A DNA stretch of 20,000 nt from Euglena gracilis (taxonomy: Eukaryota): contig CP154954.1 of assembly GCA_039621445.1 (NCBI GenBank), positions 26,787,963 to 26,807,962 of the forward strand, read 5' to 3'. Shown piece by piece: positions 1 to 11,352 of this stretch. Position 1 is the stretch's first letter. Each line of letters starts with the position of its first letter. Both the position numbers and the translations under genes were made by a program. The notes beneath the pieces are model-generated. The model ran no database searches. It saw only the letters and a program-made list of their open reading frames with translations, and was not told where the DNA came from.

Positions 1-94
1 TGGAAACCAGGCAAGGGCACAACAACTGGGCAAACCACGTTTTGCTATGTCAAGGACTCTGTCCAGACCAAGGGTCAGGAGGAGTGGTTGGGAC

Positions 95-310
95 CATAGA
101 GACACTTGGTGACCCCCCCTTGGATGGGACCCAAACCCACCCACCCACTTTTTGAAAACCAAAACCACCAAAAAAAAAACCACCCACCCACAACTCCGGG
201 GGGGGGGTCAACACCACCCACCCACCCAGCCACCCAAAACCCAGCCAACGTCGACCGAAAATGCTGGAAAAAAATTTTCCGGCCTGGCCTTTGGCCGGCA
301 AAAACCTGAC
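95..310 (+). repeat. Dispersed repeat family M, copy 1 (ends approximate)
   Basis: Aligns by eye with 12113-12300 (CACTT(G/A)GTGACC...CACCCAAAA(C/T)CCAGCCAA...CCGAAAATGCTGGAAA). No TIR/TSD pair resolved. Confidence 0.6.
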
Positions 311-2187
311 CCGTGGCGCACCCCACTCGGGTTTTCCGCAGAGTGAAATCCGGGGGGCTTCTAATTGGGGGTTAAGTCAACAAGAGGCAACCGGTGCCAA
401 ACAATGCATGCAATGCCCAATGGTGCCCAATGGTGGATTTATTGACTTCTTTACATCAGAGAAATGCATCCATGATGTGGAATGTAGCATTTTTGATCAG
501 AATTTTTTAAGCAAATGTACACAGATCAGGAAGGATATGGATGGAGACTTTAAACAATCACTGTTGCGAAATTGCGACATTTTGCAGAATAATTTTCGGA
601 AATTTGCGGAAATAGTAAAAAAAAAAACAAACAAAGTTGATGCCAAGGTCCAGAACAAGCATATGATGGTTACTGCAGATTCGAGCGTGAGGCCAAAACC
701 CCAGGAGGTGAGTAATCCGGATCTGGTTGACTTTTGGACCCCCCCCCCGGTCTCCCCCCTAGAACCTGACCGACCTGAACTTGACTGTTGACTTCCCAGG
801 ATGTGCACCGGCTGGGGGACAAGTGGGAGCTACAGAGCGGTATGAAATAGACAGGGGACGACTGCCCAAAAGCGAGAACGGCCAGGGGCAGAGGGCAGCC
901 AGAACCAAAACACTTCCGGCCCCTGAATTGACCCTGGAGTCATTGCGGAAGAATTGACATCCCGATCCATGCAAACGTGTGATTTTGACTTCAAGAATTG
1001 TTGCACTTTGAGCAGTTTTCCGCCTGAGGAAGAAGATTTTTGAATTATGGGCCGATAAATGGGCATTGTGGCATCAGACATTTCCCCCCCAAAAACCAAG
1101 TTCTGGATCAACCACTACGGCCGCTGGTTGACCCCAACTAGCTTGTTTTTTAGAGTTTTTTTTTTGTTGAATTTATACTTTTTTCTAAAGAAATGAAGTG
1201 TTGAGGCCCAAAATTTCCTTAAGCTCAAGTGACAATTCGATATTACCCTGCCTGAATATGTATATAGCCGCCACAAGAAATGAACAAATGATGTTAGAAA
1301 AAAGAGAAATATCTGCCAACTGCCCTCCTGCCCCTGCTGGGACTACACTACAGGAGCACAGGCAGCACACTCCAATATTTCCAGTTCAGCCAAAAGCGTG
1401 CCTGCCAATGTCCCTGACAGCACCGCCATTGCGCAATGGCACAAGCCTTGGCAGCCAGATGGACCCATAATCTTCCCCTGGGAATCCAAACTCTGTTGAA
1501 CGTTCACTGGGATCCCAGTGGACAGTCTACACCCGTGTGAAGGTATTGGAATTTTCAATCCCTGCCAGGATGAAAGAGAGTGCCATTAGGCCTTCAAAAA
1601 TCACAATCATTTCTGGTATTTGATCACCCCCCCCAAGTTGGAACATGGGGCCTGCCAGAAATGCTCAGGCACTTCGGCAATGTGCCACCCCCAGGGATGC
1701 AATGCAAACTGTCCGTTTGATGAAGCAAAGCTGCCCCCCCTTTCCCCTGACCAGGCAGAAATCCAAGGACACCCCCAGCAGGGGATGCCTCCTGGACAGG
1801 TGCTTGACAGCAGATCTAAGGGGGGGGTTCTGACTTGTCTGGGTGGAGGTGCTGGTCTCAAAGCAGCCACAGAAGGCTTGCCAAGGGGGTGATGGGGGTG
1901 GGTGGAACGGTGCTGTACAGATGAATGGCGGTCCAAACTTCTGTTAGAATGGATCAGGCACAATGGAAAAGAACACAGGACAATTTGAGGGTGTGCAAGG
2001 GTGTGTAAGAGAATGTGGGGGGGGGGGCAATGGTTGACAGTGATAACTGAATGCTTGGGAAAACCAAAAATTTAGGGCGACAATTTTCAATTATTTCTCA
2101 CTAGCAGCTCTCAAATTTCACCTCCTGTGAGGGCTGTAAACCCCCCCCACCCCCACCCTCAGGGTTTTGGGATTTCTGTAAATTCCC

Positions 2188-2493
2188 CATGGCGCTCCTT
2201 GAGGTAAAAAAAAAAATCCTGTCTCAACACATTCAATGAAAAAAACAAAATGGTTTGGAAAATAATCATATTTTGGCAAAAAAAATGTGTCGATTTCGGG
2301 GGAAAAGGCTATTCCTTGCATCTTCACACATCGTCCATCCACCCAAAATATAAAACTGCACTTTTCGACTTCTTAATTTTTGACCCCGTTCGATCCCTGG
2401 ATCGGCCGTTGGCCGTCCCTGGGGCCTGAAGATCCCTTTGGGGTGGACTTTGAAAATAAAAACCAACCTTCCCGTCCCTTATTGGCCGCCTTG
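2188..2493 (+). mobile_element. Degenerate MITE, family J
   Basis: Internal sequence matches 14523-14839 (CCATCCACCCAAA...TTTTCGACTT.TTAATTTTTG). Decayed termini CATGGCGCTCCTT / GGCCGCCTTG; flanks AAATTCCC / ACATCCCC (6/8). Confidence 0.6.
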
Positions 2494-2975
2494 ACATCCC
2501 CTGCCCTTGCCCCTGTCTCAGAACATGGTGCCTACCTTAATGGCCACATGTAAGGGAAGTCCCTCTTGACCTTTCTTTCAAAATGGAGGGGCATCCACCC
2601 TTGGCAATGCCCTTTTGAACTTTTCATGGGTCATGTGGATTGGAACTGCAACACCGCCCCACAGTTTGCTTACTGAACCACGTCCCATTGTGGCAGTCTT
2701 TCAGGGGGGATCATTTGGGGGGTCCACAATGTTCATTTGTCCAAAGGTCATCAAAGTGGGGTGTGAACTCGGCGAAAGAAATCAATTTTGTGGGATGCCC
2801 AGAGAAAACAGAATTTTAGGCAGCAAGAGGGTATACAAAGCAATATGAGTTTGAATACAGGAAGCGGATGCTGCCACGCCACCTGGAATGGAAATTTCAC
2901 TTTTGACAATTCATCTGGGTGATTGTCAAATTGGATTGTCAAATTTCATCAATGTACATGTGTCCCCTCTGCCTG

Positions 2976-3260
2976 GGAAACTGTCACCTGACAGGTCGGC
3001 CAGTGCTGAGGACCCTGACAGCTTCCTATCATGACAGGTTGGCCAGCACCCAAGACCCTGACAGTTTCCAAGGAGGGGGGCCTTGACAGTTTCCTGGGGA
3101 GGGCATTTTAAGGGAAAATCAATGGAAAAAAAAAGACCCTGACAGGTTGGTCAGCACCAGGGACCCTGACAACTTCCTAAACTGACAGGTTGGCCGGTGA
3201 CGGGGACCCTGACAGTTTCACGAGCAGGACCCTGACAGGTTCTCAGGCATGACAGTTTCC
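2976..3260. repeat. TGACAG-motif array bounded by 11-bp inverted repeats
   Basis: 11 direct copies of TGACA(G) in alternating TGACAGGT / GACCCTGACAGTTTC contexts; GGAAACTGTCA (2976-2986) is the reverse complement of TGACAGTTTCC (3250-3260). Confidence 0.75.
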
Positions 3261-3408
3261 AATGGGAGGGAGGGAGGTATGTGTGCAATAGGTACGCACG
3301 TCCACACCTGCTCCCCCCCAATCTAACAAACGTCCTGGTCCCTGTTCGGATCACAACTTTTGTCACCTGGAATTTCATATTATGCATGAATATCTGTGCA
3401 CATATCTG

Positions 3409-3796
3409 CAGGGGGGGGGGAATGCGCTCGCCCGGCCTCGGAAAAAATGCGCAAAAATGCGCAAAAAAATGCGCAAAAAAAATGCGCAAAAATCACGAAA
3501 ATGCAAAAATTACCCAAAACCATGCAAAAATGGCACCAAATTTGAAGAAATTATGTAGAATAATGAGGAAAATGTAAGTTTTAAAAAAAGTCGAAAATTT
3601 CAAATTTTTGCAAAAAAAATTGCAAAAATGGTCAAAAAATGCGAAAATTTTGGAAAATCACGAAAAAATGTGCCAAAAAGCAAAAAAATGCGCTGAAAAA
3701 AAAATGAAAGAATGCGCAAAAAATGCGAAAAAAATGCGCATTTTGGAAAATTTGAAAAAATGCGCAAAAACTGCGAAAAAATGCGAAATGCCCCTG
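3409..3796 (+). mobile_element. MITE family K with internal AAAAATGCGC reiterations
   Basis: Starts CAGGGGG, ends CCCCTG; TATCTGCA (3403-3410, overlapping the left end) vs TATCTGTA (3797-3804); many AAAAATGCG(C) motifs; 5' part recurs at 14866. Confidence 0.7.
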
Positions 3797-3844
3797 TATC
3801 TGTATACATTGAAAATAACACATTCTTGGTCTATGCATTGTTGC

Positions 3845-4479
3845 CAGGCTATTGCTTAAGGTCCCCAGGAGGGTCACTGGTTAGCCATTTCACTAGACAC
3901 TGGAAAAAAGGAGCTAGACCAGCCACCCCCCCCCAGGAAAAATTTTTTCTCCAGGAAAGAAATGAAGTTTTTAATACATTTTTTGGCTGATTTTGCAAAA
4001 ATCCCAAAAATGGCCAAAAATGGGCCTGTTTGGCAGGTTTTGGGAGTCCTCCAAAAAATTGCGGCACTTCGCGCCGGTCACTGTAAAAATTGCTAGCGGA
4101 CCCCCTCCAGGGAGGTCATTGGGATTTCGCTCGCCAAATTTGGCCTACTGTGAACCAGGCTTCTTTTTAAGTCCCCCGGGGGGGGGGAGGGGGGGGGGTC
4201 CCCCCCACCCACCCAGGGTGGCGCGGGCCCCCCTCCAAGGGGGGGGGGGTCCGGGGACCCCCCCAAAATCGGGCCCGTTAAAGGCAATTTTCAAAAATTT
4301 TCGGCACTTCGCGCCGAAAAGGTATACCCAGCGCCTCCGGCGCGGGACCCCCCCCCCCCCCTGGGGGGGGGGGGGTCCGGCCCGGACCCACCCACCCACC
4401 CCCCCTCCCCCCCCGGGGGGGGGGGGGGGGGCGGGGGACTTAAAAAGAAGCCTGCTGTGAACCCTTAAGCAATGGACTG
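3845..4479 (+). mobile_element. hAT-type MITE family E (hosts nested family D copy)
   Basis: TIRs CAGGCTATTGCTTAAGG / CCTTAAGCAATGGACTG; perfect 8-bp TSD ATTGTTGC at 3837-3844 and 4480-4487. Confidence 0.9.
4156..4454. mobile_element. hAT-type MITE family D, nested in E
   Basis: Perfect 23-bp TIR CAGGCTTCTTTTTAAGTCCCCCG; perfect TSD CTGTGAAC at 4148-4155 and 4455-4462. Confidence 0.95.
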
Positions 4480-5939
4480 ATTGTTGCAAGAAAACTGTTG
4501 CACATCAAATTTCGAGAATTTGATGCAACCCTTCATTGATATGGTAATTTTTTGAAATGATTGTTGCTTCTGTGGCATATTGAAGGTTTTCAACAGCAAG
4601 CCTTGTCTGCAATTCTTCAAAAGAATTATGCAGCCTTGGGGCATCAACAGCCATAAATATATCTGGCCTCTGGGTGAGGAACCAACTTTGAAGGAGGCCA
4701 AGTTTCCACATGATCGTTAAAAAGGAATATGAGGCTAAACTGTGAGGGAAGATAACAGCCCTGGGTTTGAGAAAACTGAATGTTGGGCTCATTACAGACG
4801 GCAGAGAGGGGAGTGGTCAGCGTTCGGCGGGAACGCTGTAAAAAGGACCCAACGGGTGCCGCTCTACAACAGAAGGCGCAAAATACTTTAAAAAATGCGG
4901 GAGCACCCTTTGTCCGACTCTTCAAAATGGCACACTGACATGTGAACACCCAGGGCTCATGTACCCCCCCCTTTGCCCACCGACCGGGTTCCTATGACCC
5001 CTGACCGGGGGGGGGGGTCATACACGCCACCCAACCCACCACCCCCGACCAGGGGGTGGTCGGACGGCTGAGTACAAAAACAAAAAAACAACCCAGTTTT
5101 CAAAGCCACCTACAACCCCGGCCAGGGTGGTCGTATGTACCCCCGAAACTGTATCCCCCAACTGGGGGGTGGTCGTTGTTCATGGGTGGTTAGCGGGCAA
5201 AGGAAGGAGGTATGGGGGCTGTGGTGAGTTGGGTGGGATGACATTGGAACCTTCAAGAAAATTATGGATGACTGCAGAAAAGCTCATACTGAGAACACAT
5301 TTCCACTGAAGAGGAAAAAATCACCTCAGGCTCAAAGTGCCAATTTTTTCCAAGTTGAAAAAAAATTCCCAGCAGAACTGGGGGGGAGGGGCAAACTTGG
5401 CACGAAGGGTCCCCTTGGGAACAAAAAAAATCATAGGGGAGCTGAGGGAAAAGTTTGGCGTAGAAATCGGCACCCCCCAGAAAAATGGAAAGGCCTGGTG
5501 GGGGGCCAGGGATGGATGGGAAGCCTTGAGGGTCGGACCCCCCCCCCTCCTACTCGAAACTGAGGGAGGGCCGAAAATTTTTCGATTTCATGGACGGGCA
5601 AAGGGCCGGAAATCTGTTTGAAATCGGTCAAAAATCCCTGATTTTTCTTTGAAAATCAATCCAAAAATGCTCATTTTTGAAATTTTTTGAACATTTTTTT
5701 GGGGGGGGGGAACACCAACACGTCAAAAAGTGGGCAATATGTCCAAAAGTCAGCAAAAGGGGGGGTTTTGCTCATTTTCCGGCGCTGTGCGCCGGAAGAA
5801 AATTTTCTGCTATTTTTGGCACCTGTTAAGGAGGGGTGGTCCGCCCCCCCTACCACCTTATCCCCCCAGGGGGGGTGGGGACCCCCCCCCTACCACCTAC
5901 CTCAATACCGGTTGGCTCCCTGGGGGGGGGTCCCCACCC

Positions 5940-6257
5940 CACAGCGGTCCTTTACAAAATTTAAAAAAAAAACTCCGCTGTTCCAGCACAGTCAATGGAA
6001 AAAAAACCAGGGAAGTGGGCAAGAAAAATTGGTATTTTCCGGCAAGAAGAGGTCGAAACCAGGAAAAAAATAATCCCTGGCATCCTTGGACTATCGCCCA
6101 TCCACCCAAATCATCAAAAAATGTGCATTTCGGCTTTTGAGTTTTTGACCCCGTTCAAGTCCCAGTCCAGCCCTTGGTCGGCAGAAAGGGGGGGGGCAGT
6201 CCTTAAGAAAACGAAAAAAAACTTTCCTGACCCTTCCGGTTTCAAAGGACCGCCCTG
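5940..6257 (+). mobile_element. MITE family J
   Basis: Colinear with 14523-14839; right TIR AAGGACCGCCCTG intact, left CACAGCGGTCCTT decayed; TSD weak (C-rich). Confidence 0.8.
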
Positions 6258-7044
6258 ACCCCCCCCCACACACAGTTCTGTACAGCCCCTGGCAAATTCC
6301 GCCAAAAATCAAAAAATACACAAATGCAGAAAAGGCGCTTGTGCCCTCCCCTGCCTTGAGACCCATTTGACGAATTATCAGAACGCATTGCGTCATCCAT
6401 TGGGTGGATCTCAAGGAATCATTATTATTATTTTTTATTAAATTATTTTTCACGGCGGGAGGGGTCCCAGCTCAGCCCACCCCACGATGGATGGGGGTCC
6501 CTCTTTTTTTTCAGTGCGAAGAACTAACATTTTTGGGACAAAATTGACCCCCAAATCCCCTGTCCCACCCCAGGGGCTGGTTTGGTGCCGACCCCCCCCC
6601 CGGGTCCTTAAAAAAAATCTCACACACCTCATCCATTTGATATTATGCATTTGAACCAATTTCTTTAAAAAAGGGTCGGACCAAAATGAGTTCCATCTGT
6701 TTCGACGAAAACCAAATTAAAAAAAAGTGCTGGGGGGATCGCTGGGGGAGGACCTGAACCAAAACCTCACAGAATAAAAAACCACCAAAATGAGAAGATG
6801 CCTTGTTCAAAAAAAAAAGAAACCCAACATTACACCGCTTCGCAGACGCTCAATCCACCTCCATCATTTGCAGCAAAAGGATGAAATGTGAAATGGGGAT
6901 TCCAATGTACATCAAAAGGACTGGTGTGCTGACCTCCGCTCAGGATATCACCTGACGGCATCCCACATACCAACCCCCAAGGGAAACACATCTCTGGATT
7001 GCCAATTCTCAGGTAGCAGTCCACCCCTCTCGACCTGTTGACTT

Positions 7045-7444
7045 CATAGTGGGCATTTTTTTAAAAAAAACAATGTGTTTCTTGAAGAAGAAAAAACACC
7101 AAAAAAAACCATTAAAAAGACAAAAGGGAAATTTCTTTGAAAAAACTCGTTATGAAACACCCAAACCATACTCTTTAAGATAAGATACTTTGAATCCTAC
7201 TAAGTTCAAAAACTGCCAAAACATGGGTCAAAATGCAGAAAAATGCAATTTTATGACGTTTTTCATGTTTGTGGAAATGAGTTTTTGGCAGAAAATACCC
7301 AGAGGTTGCCAAAATGATTGAAAATAAACATATAAAATTTTTTTGTGCAAAACCTCATGGGCGTTTTTTTGTTTTTTTAATATTGTCAAATTTTAAAAAA
7401 GCAAACAAAAAAACAACCTCAATAAAAACAGGCTGCCCACAATG
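7045..7444 (-). mobile_element. AT-rich MITE family F (inverted relative to 18598-18996)
   Basis: TIRs CATAGTGGGCA / TGCCCACAATG; TSD GTTGACTT / ATTAACTT (6/8); body is the reverse complement of the 18598 copy. Confidence 0.85.
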
Positions 7445-8281
7445 ATTAACTTGTCAAATTTGAACTCCGTTTGATAACGAACGTGTTGTGAGGATTTCAT
7501 AAATAATCAGAGCTGGAAGCGGAAGCCACCTTGGGGTGAACACCAGATGACCCTCATCCAGATAACCCTCATTGCAGGAGGAGGACTCGCAACGGGCATC
7601 CAACCTTGAAAAGGATGGTGGTGACCCATTTTGCAGGGAAGCCTTTTTACCCTTCATTTTCCAGGGAAGCCTTGAGAAAAATTGCAGGAAAACTGCGGGA
7701 AAAGAAAGAGGAAAAATGTGTGGGGGAAAACAGAGGGAAAATTGTGGGAATTGCAGCTATTTTTGTCAAATTGGTGATTGCTTTGAGATGTTATTGACAC
7801 TTTTTCCAACAAAAAACCCAGACAAAGGATTTTGTACTTTCTGGAACACACTGATTTCAGAAATAATTATAAATAATTTGTAAAAATTGGCAAACTTTGG
7901 CAAATTGGCAACAAAATATCAAAAAAATGCACCAGGGTTCCCTCATGAAACGCTCAAGGCATGGCCGGAACTCACTTCGCCATCCGTTTCAGGTTCATGC
8001 GGAAAAATTGTGGAAAAGCTTCAAAAATGGTGGACAACTGCAGAAATTGCGGGAAAATTGTGGTTATCAATTCCCCACCCCTGCATTTGAACCAACTGAA
8101 TGTGACCCGAGAGAACCGAAACCCAAAGCCAAAATCGCAGCTTCGCTCACTCCACTCATTCATTCCACTCATTCCACTCCACTCATTCCCTGCCCAAGCA
8201 CCCAAGAGTCAAAAAATTCCTCAAAAGGGCCTCATCATGGCGTTGATTTTTTCCCAAGAAATTCCGGGAGTCACCCTGGCG

Positions 8282-8408
8282 GAAGATACCTCGGGCCAAG
8301 CCAGGGCTTTCAAACCCAAACATTGGCACTTGGGTCTGCCTGGGCGCGGCAGGGGCATACGCCGCGTGGGAGAGAGGGCTCGAGTTAGGCCAGATGCCCA
8401 TCTGTGGT
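8282..8408 (-). CDS. Putative downstream exon of the CCCH zinc-finger gene (PQMGIWPNSSPLSHAAYAPAAPRQTQVPMFGFESPGLARGIF)
   Basis: Non-repetitive island, preceded on the minus strand by CCCTG-TCGCA| and followed by |CGC-CAGGG. Joins in frame (phase 2) to exon 9697-9803 via a shared GCAACC repeat. The next exon was not found. Confidence 0.45.
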
Positions 8409-8562
8409 TGCGACAGGGTGCAAATCTGCTGTTGGCTCACCAAAAAAAAGGAATGCTGAGTTCAAGCCATTTTTTCTGTGCGAGCTGAGGGGTTGAAAAA
8501 AGGTGCTGGTGCAACCCGGGGGGGGGGGGGGGTGCAGGATCCCACCGGCTGCCAGGGTGGAC

Positions 8563-8775
8563 CAGGGTTCGATACAACGGCAGGTGGGGGGTCGATGAGG
8601 TGACCGAAAATATTCACCTCCCAAAATCTGCAGAATGCTATTTTGGAGACTTTTGGGGGAAAAAAACTGTCAAAAATGCGAAAAATTTTCGGTGGAAAGC
8701 ACCAGAAGGGGGAAAAAACCGGAAGGAAAAGACCTTTTGGGGTGGGTCCCGGGCAGGGGTTTTTCAAGACAGGGG
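8563..8775 (+). mobile_element. Family C-like MITE relic, interrupted by a family A copy (right end unresolved)
   Basis: Starts CAGGGTTCGATA like 11467; internal sequence resembles 11585-11725. Confidence 0.6.
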
Positions 8776-8783
8776 GTGTCCGC

Positions 8784-9103
8784 CATGCTTGTGCTTACCA
8801 ACCGGGGGGGGGGAGGGGGGGGTGGGGGCTATAGGGTGCCTGCCCCTAGCAGGCACACCCCCCCCGGGGGGGGGGATAGGGGTCCGGGCCGGACCCAGAA
8901 AATTTTCATTGAAAATGGCCTTTTCCGGGCCCCCGGCGCCTTCGGCGCCGGGGTCGGAGGGGGGTGCCTGCTAGGGGCAGGCACCCCCCAAAACCCTACC
9001 CCCCCCCGGGGGGGGGGGGGTCGGATCGGGTGCTATGGGGTGCCTGCCCCTAGCACCCGCCCCCCCCCCCCGTGGGGTAGGCACCCGACTAAGCACAAGC
9101 CTG
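8784..9103 (+). mobile_element. hAT-type MITE family A
   Basis: TIRs CATGCTTGTGCTTA / TAAGCACAAGCCTG; perfect TSD GTGTCCGC at 8776-8783 and 9104-9111. Confidence 0.95.
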
Positions 9104-9696
9104 GTGTCCGCCCTCTCACCTGGTCCAGGAGGAGGGCACCCCTCCACCGAAACCCCTCACACCCTCCTTGCACCCTTACACCCTACACCCCACTTTTTAC
9201 ACCCTCCTCTAGGGGTTTCCTACTCTAAACAGTGTCAAAAGGCGCAATAGACGACCAGAGACCGTGGAAAAAATAAAAATTCCACGACACACTCTTCTGA
9301 TACCTGATTTGGTGGGCACCTCATACAGAAGGTGTTGGAACTTACAGCCAGAATTGATTTTTCTTCACATTTTCGGATTTTTTTTTGGAAAAAGCATTTT
9401 CTTTTGGCCCAGTCCAGTTGGGTTGGAACTTTTTTGAGTCAAAAACCCAGGTCAAATCCAAAAATACCTCAAACAGCCAAAAATAATAATTTTAGGCCAT
9501 TTTTTGCCCCTTTTGAAAGAAAAAAACAAATGGCGATCCGTGTTATTTTTTTTTAGGTCCAGAAAGTCCTGTGCTCTTTCTTTCATTGAATCTTTCATTG
9601 AATAAATAAATAAAAGTTTCCATCAACTGAGGACAAAAAGAAGCCAAGGACGGACCCTTTTTGAAACGACATTACAAGTTTGCCCCCCATTGAGGT

Positions 9697-9803
9697 TGCC
9701 TGTCTGGCATCTGTTTTGCTGGAGGAAGCCGGGCTGCTGTTCGCTGGCGAGAAAGGTGGTCGGCCAGCTTGGTTAACGACATGACAGCCGCTTCATTGTC
9801 CTC
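9697..9803 (-). CDS. Exon of the CCCH zinc-finger gene (EDNEAAVMSLTKLADHLSRQRTAARLPPAKQMPDR); alternatively reads through to the stop at 9672
   Basis: Starts exactly 5 nt after CCTG on the minus strand and continues the zinc-finger exon in frame (...KEMRCR|EDNEAAV...). Confidence 0.75.
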
Positions 9804-10478
9804 CCAGCCAGGCTTCTCTTCTCTGACCCCAGGTGGTCCTTGCCCAAAGCACCACCCCCAGGGAGATGCGCAAAACCCCCCTTCTCTGTTTTTTTTGGTG
9901 GTGGCACGTTTTCGGCGATCCACAGAGACGATGCTTTGCAGCCCGAATATCACAAAAAACACACACACAAAATTGAAAAGGGGGCTGATTGGCAGTTCCT
10001 GGTCTGAGAGTCCGTGCAGGGGAAAGCAAAAATCTCAGAAACCTCTTTCATGGGTTTTTACCAGTTTGAAAAACGAAAATTAGGGGCCGGTGTTTTTTTG
10101 TCTAAGGGCGAAGCGGGACAAAAAAACATGGACACCTTCGTTGCTGTGTCCATTTGTTTGAGATTGAGCATTGTCCAGGCTTCTGCTTAAGGGTTCAGCA
10201 CCCCCTGGAGGGGGGGGGGCTCAACTGCAGCTTGTCCAAATTTGGCCAGTTGGAATTCTGTTACAAAAAAAAACCAGCCCCAACCGAAAACACGAAACAA
10301 AGGCGAGAATTGCAGCAGAAAAGAATATCTCTTTGTTTGCCTGACCTGAACATTGATGGTGCCTGGCCTGAACATTGATGGTGCTTTGACACTCCCCATC
10401 CCAAAAACCGACCCCCTCCCAGAAGAGGGGAAACTTTGAAAATGCCAGTGGCGGGGTCACATTCAAAAAAGCCTGCTC
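9804..10478 (-). other. Nonconventional intron = decayed MITE (9809-10475) plus one TSD length
   Basis: Minus strand: AGG|GAG-CAGGCTTTTTT ... AAGAGAAGCCTG-GCTGG|GAG. CAG at +4..+6, CTG at -8..-6, no GT donor; 7/8 TSD CTCCCAGC (9801-9808) / CTCCCTGC (10476-10483); removal is in frame. Confidence 0.8.
10176..10260 (-). mobile_element. Inverted terminal fragment of a family E-like MITE inside the intron
   Basis: CAGGCTTCTGCTTAAGGG...TGCAG...GTCCAAATTTGGC is the reverse complement of the 11140-11222 end. Confidence 0.65.
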
Positions 10479-10652
10479 CCTGCAGCGCATTTCCTTAGCC
10501 CCATGGGCATAGACACAGGTGTCCCCGTAAGGGCACTTCCCAGTCTCCTTCCAATTGCGACACAGGCGCGTCTTGTACTTGTTGTGGTCCACTGAGTGAT
10601 CATCGTGATGGGTGCCCGAAACCTTGGCGGCCTTTGCATTCCTCTTGGCCTT
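10479..10652 (-). CDS. CCCH-type (C-x8-C-x5-C-x3-H) zinc-finger exon, TIS11/ZC3H-like RNA-binding protein
   Basis: 174 nt = 58 codons containing [27 protein letters not shown] with the canonical KYKT lead-in; bounded by CCCTG-AGACC| and |GAG-CAGG. Confidence 0.9.
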
Positions 10653-11352
10653 GGTCTCAGGGTTGGATACGCCCAACCCAGAAGAAACCAGGATTCTTTC
10701 CTTGGAAAAAAAAGAGGGTCAAAAATAGGGGGAAATGGCATTTTCTCCGCAAAATTTTGGCTTAACAATCTCAACCCAGCTGGATTGGAATTTTTTCCGC
10801 CAACTTTTCAGAAGCTGGTTGGACTCCCTGGCTAGCCAATCGGCTAGACACTGGAAAAAAATGGACCAGCTAGACCCTCTCCTCCCCCGGGGGGAAGGGG
10901 GGCACCCCCAACTGGAAAAAAATTTCCTCCGGCGCTGTGCGCTGAGGTGGAAATGAGGTTTTTAATAGGTTTTTGGCTGATTTTGATCCAAAAATTCCCA
11001 AATGGCCAAAAGCAGGCATTTTTGGCCATTTTTGGGGGTCCCAACAAAAATTCAGTGCTTCGCGCCGGTCACTGGAAAAATTTTTTCCACTGGCTAGCCC
11101 TGCTAGCAGACCCCCCCCCGGGGGGGTCTGCTAGAAATCCCACTAGCCAAATTTGGACTATCTGCAGTCCAGCCCCCCCCCGGGGGGGGGGGGGGTACTA
11201 CAATCCCTTCAGCAAAAGCCTGGTCAGCCCCTTCTGGTGGCTGCACCACTGCACTGTGATTGGCAGGCAGGTGACTGTCAGAGGAAATACATCCTTTTTT
11301 CTCTAGACTTCGTACCCAGTTTTTGGTTCCAAGGAAGGGGAATTCCCTGGTT
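10653..11352 (-). other. Putative nonconventional intron upstream of the zinc-finger exon (3' end well supported, 5' end tentative)
   Basis: Minus strand |AAC-CAGGG ... CCCTG-AGACC|; the 5' CAGGGAATTCCCCTTCCTTGG can also pair with 10689-10706; TSD only 4/8. Confidence 0.4.
10820..11222 (+). mobile_element. Family E-like MITE (left end decayed)
   Basis: Body colinear with 3875-4145 (TAGCCA...CTAGACACTGGAAAAAA...TTTTTGGCTGATTTTG...CTTCGCGCCGGTCACTG); right TIR CTTCAGCAAAAGCCTG. Confidence 0.75.

Larger units (their letters stand above)
8409..9696 (-). other. Putative nonconventional (non-GT-AG) intron containing nested MITEs
   Basis: CTG at -8..-6; 5' end CAATGGGGGGCAAACTTG can pair with 3' end CAGATTTGCACCCTG; residual TSD AGGCAACC / TCGCAACC (6/8); lacks an exact CAG at +4. 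Confidence 0.4.

Noticed and set aside
1290-1980. Coding-like CpG-poor stretch
   Set aside because: No recognisable motif or sustained frame; probably old decayed element DNA.
2976-3260. CRISPR-like appearance
   Set aside because: Repeats are short and degenerate, the spacers resemble each other, there are no cas genes, and the context is eukaryotic.
3151-3990. K/C/A- or F-rich ORFs
   Set aside because: Translation artefacts of the AAAAATGCGC reiterations in family K.
4505-4949. Possible hAT transposase dimerisation-domain remnant and CAGCGTTC-GAACGCTG hairpin
   Set aside because: No convincing ERxFS motif in any frame; cannot be supported without an HMM search.
5170-5260. Proline-rich minus-strand stretch as the last exon of the zinc-finger gene
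   Set aside because: No CTG-N5 border or junction repeat matching the 8279-8286 boundary.
6647-8095. 13-bp direct repeat GCATTTGAACCAA at 6647 and 8083 as a TSD of a large element
   Set aside because: No matching inverted terminus at the left copy; could be chance.
10345-10388. 22-bp tandem duplication (also the CACTC/CATTC run at 8146-8190)
   Set aside because: Ordinary local slippage repeats.
10455-10660. Canonical splice sites for the zinc-finger exon (GAG| acceptor near 10656, GTGACC donor near 10460)
   Set aside because: GAG acceptor without a pyrimidine tract and a weak donor lying inside the inverted repeat. The CAG/CTG + TSD model explains both borders and the next exon, though RNA data are needed to exclude the canonical option.
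10221-10676. Treating the 151-aa ORF as a complete gene
   Set aside because: It starts at TTG within intron-like sequence, and its C-terminal half runs through repeat DNA.
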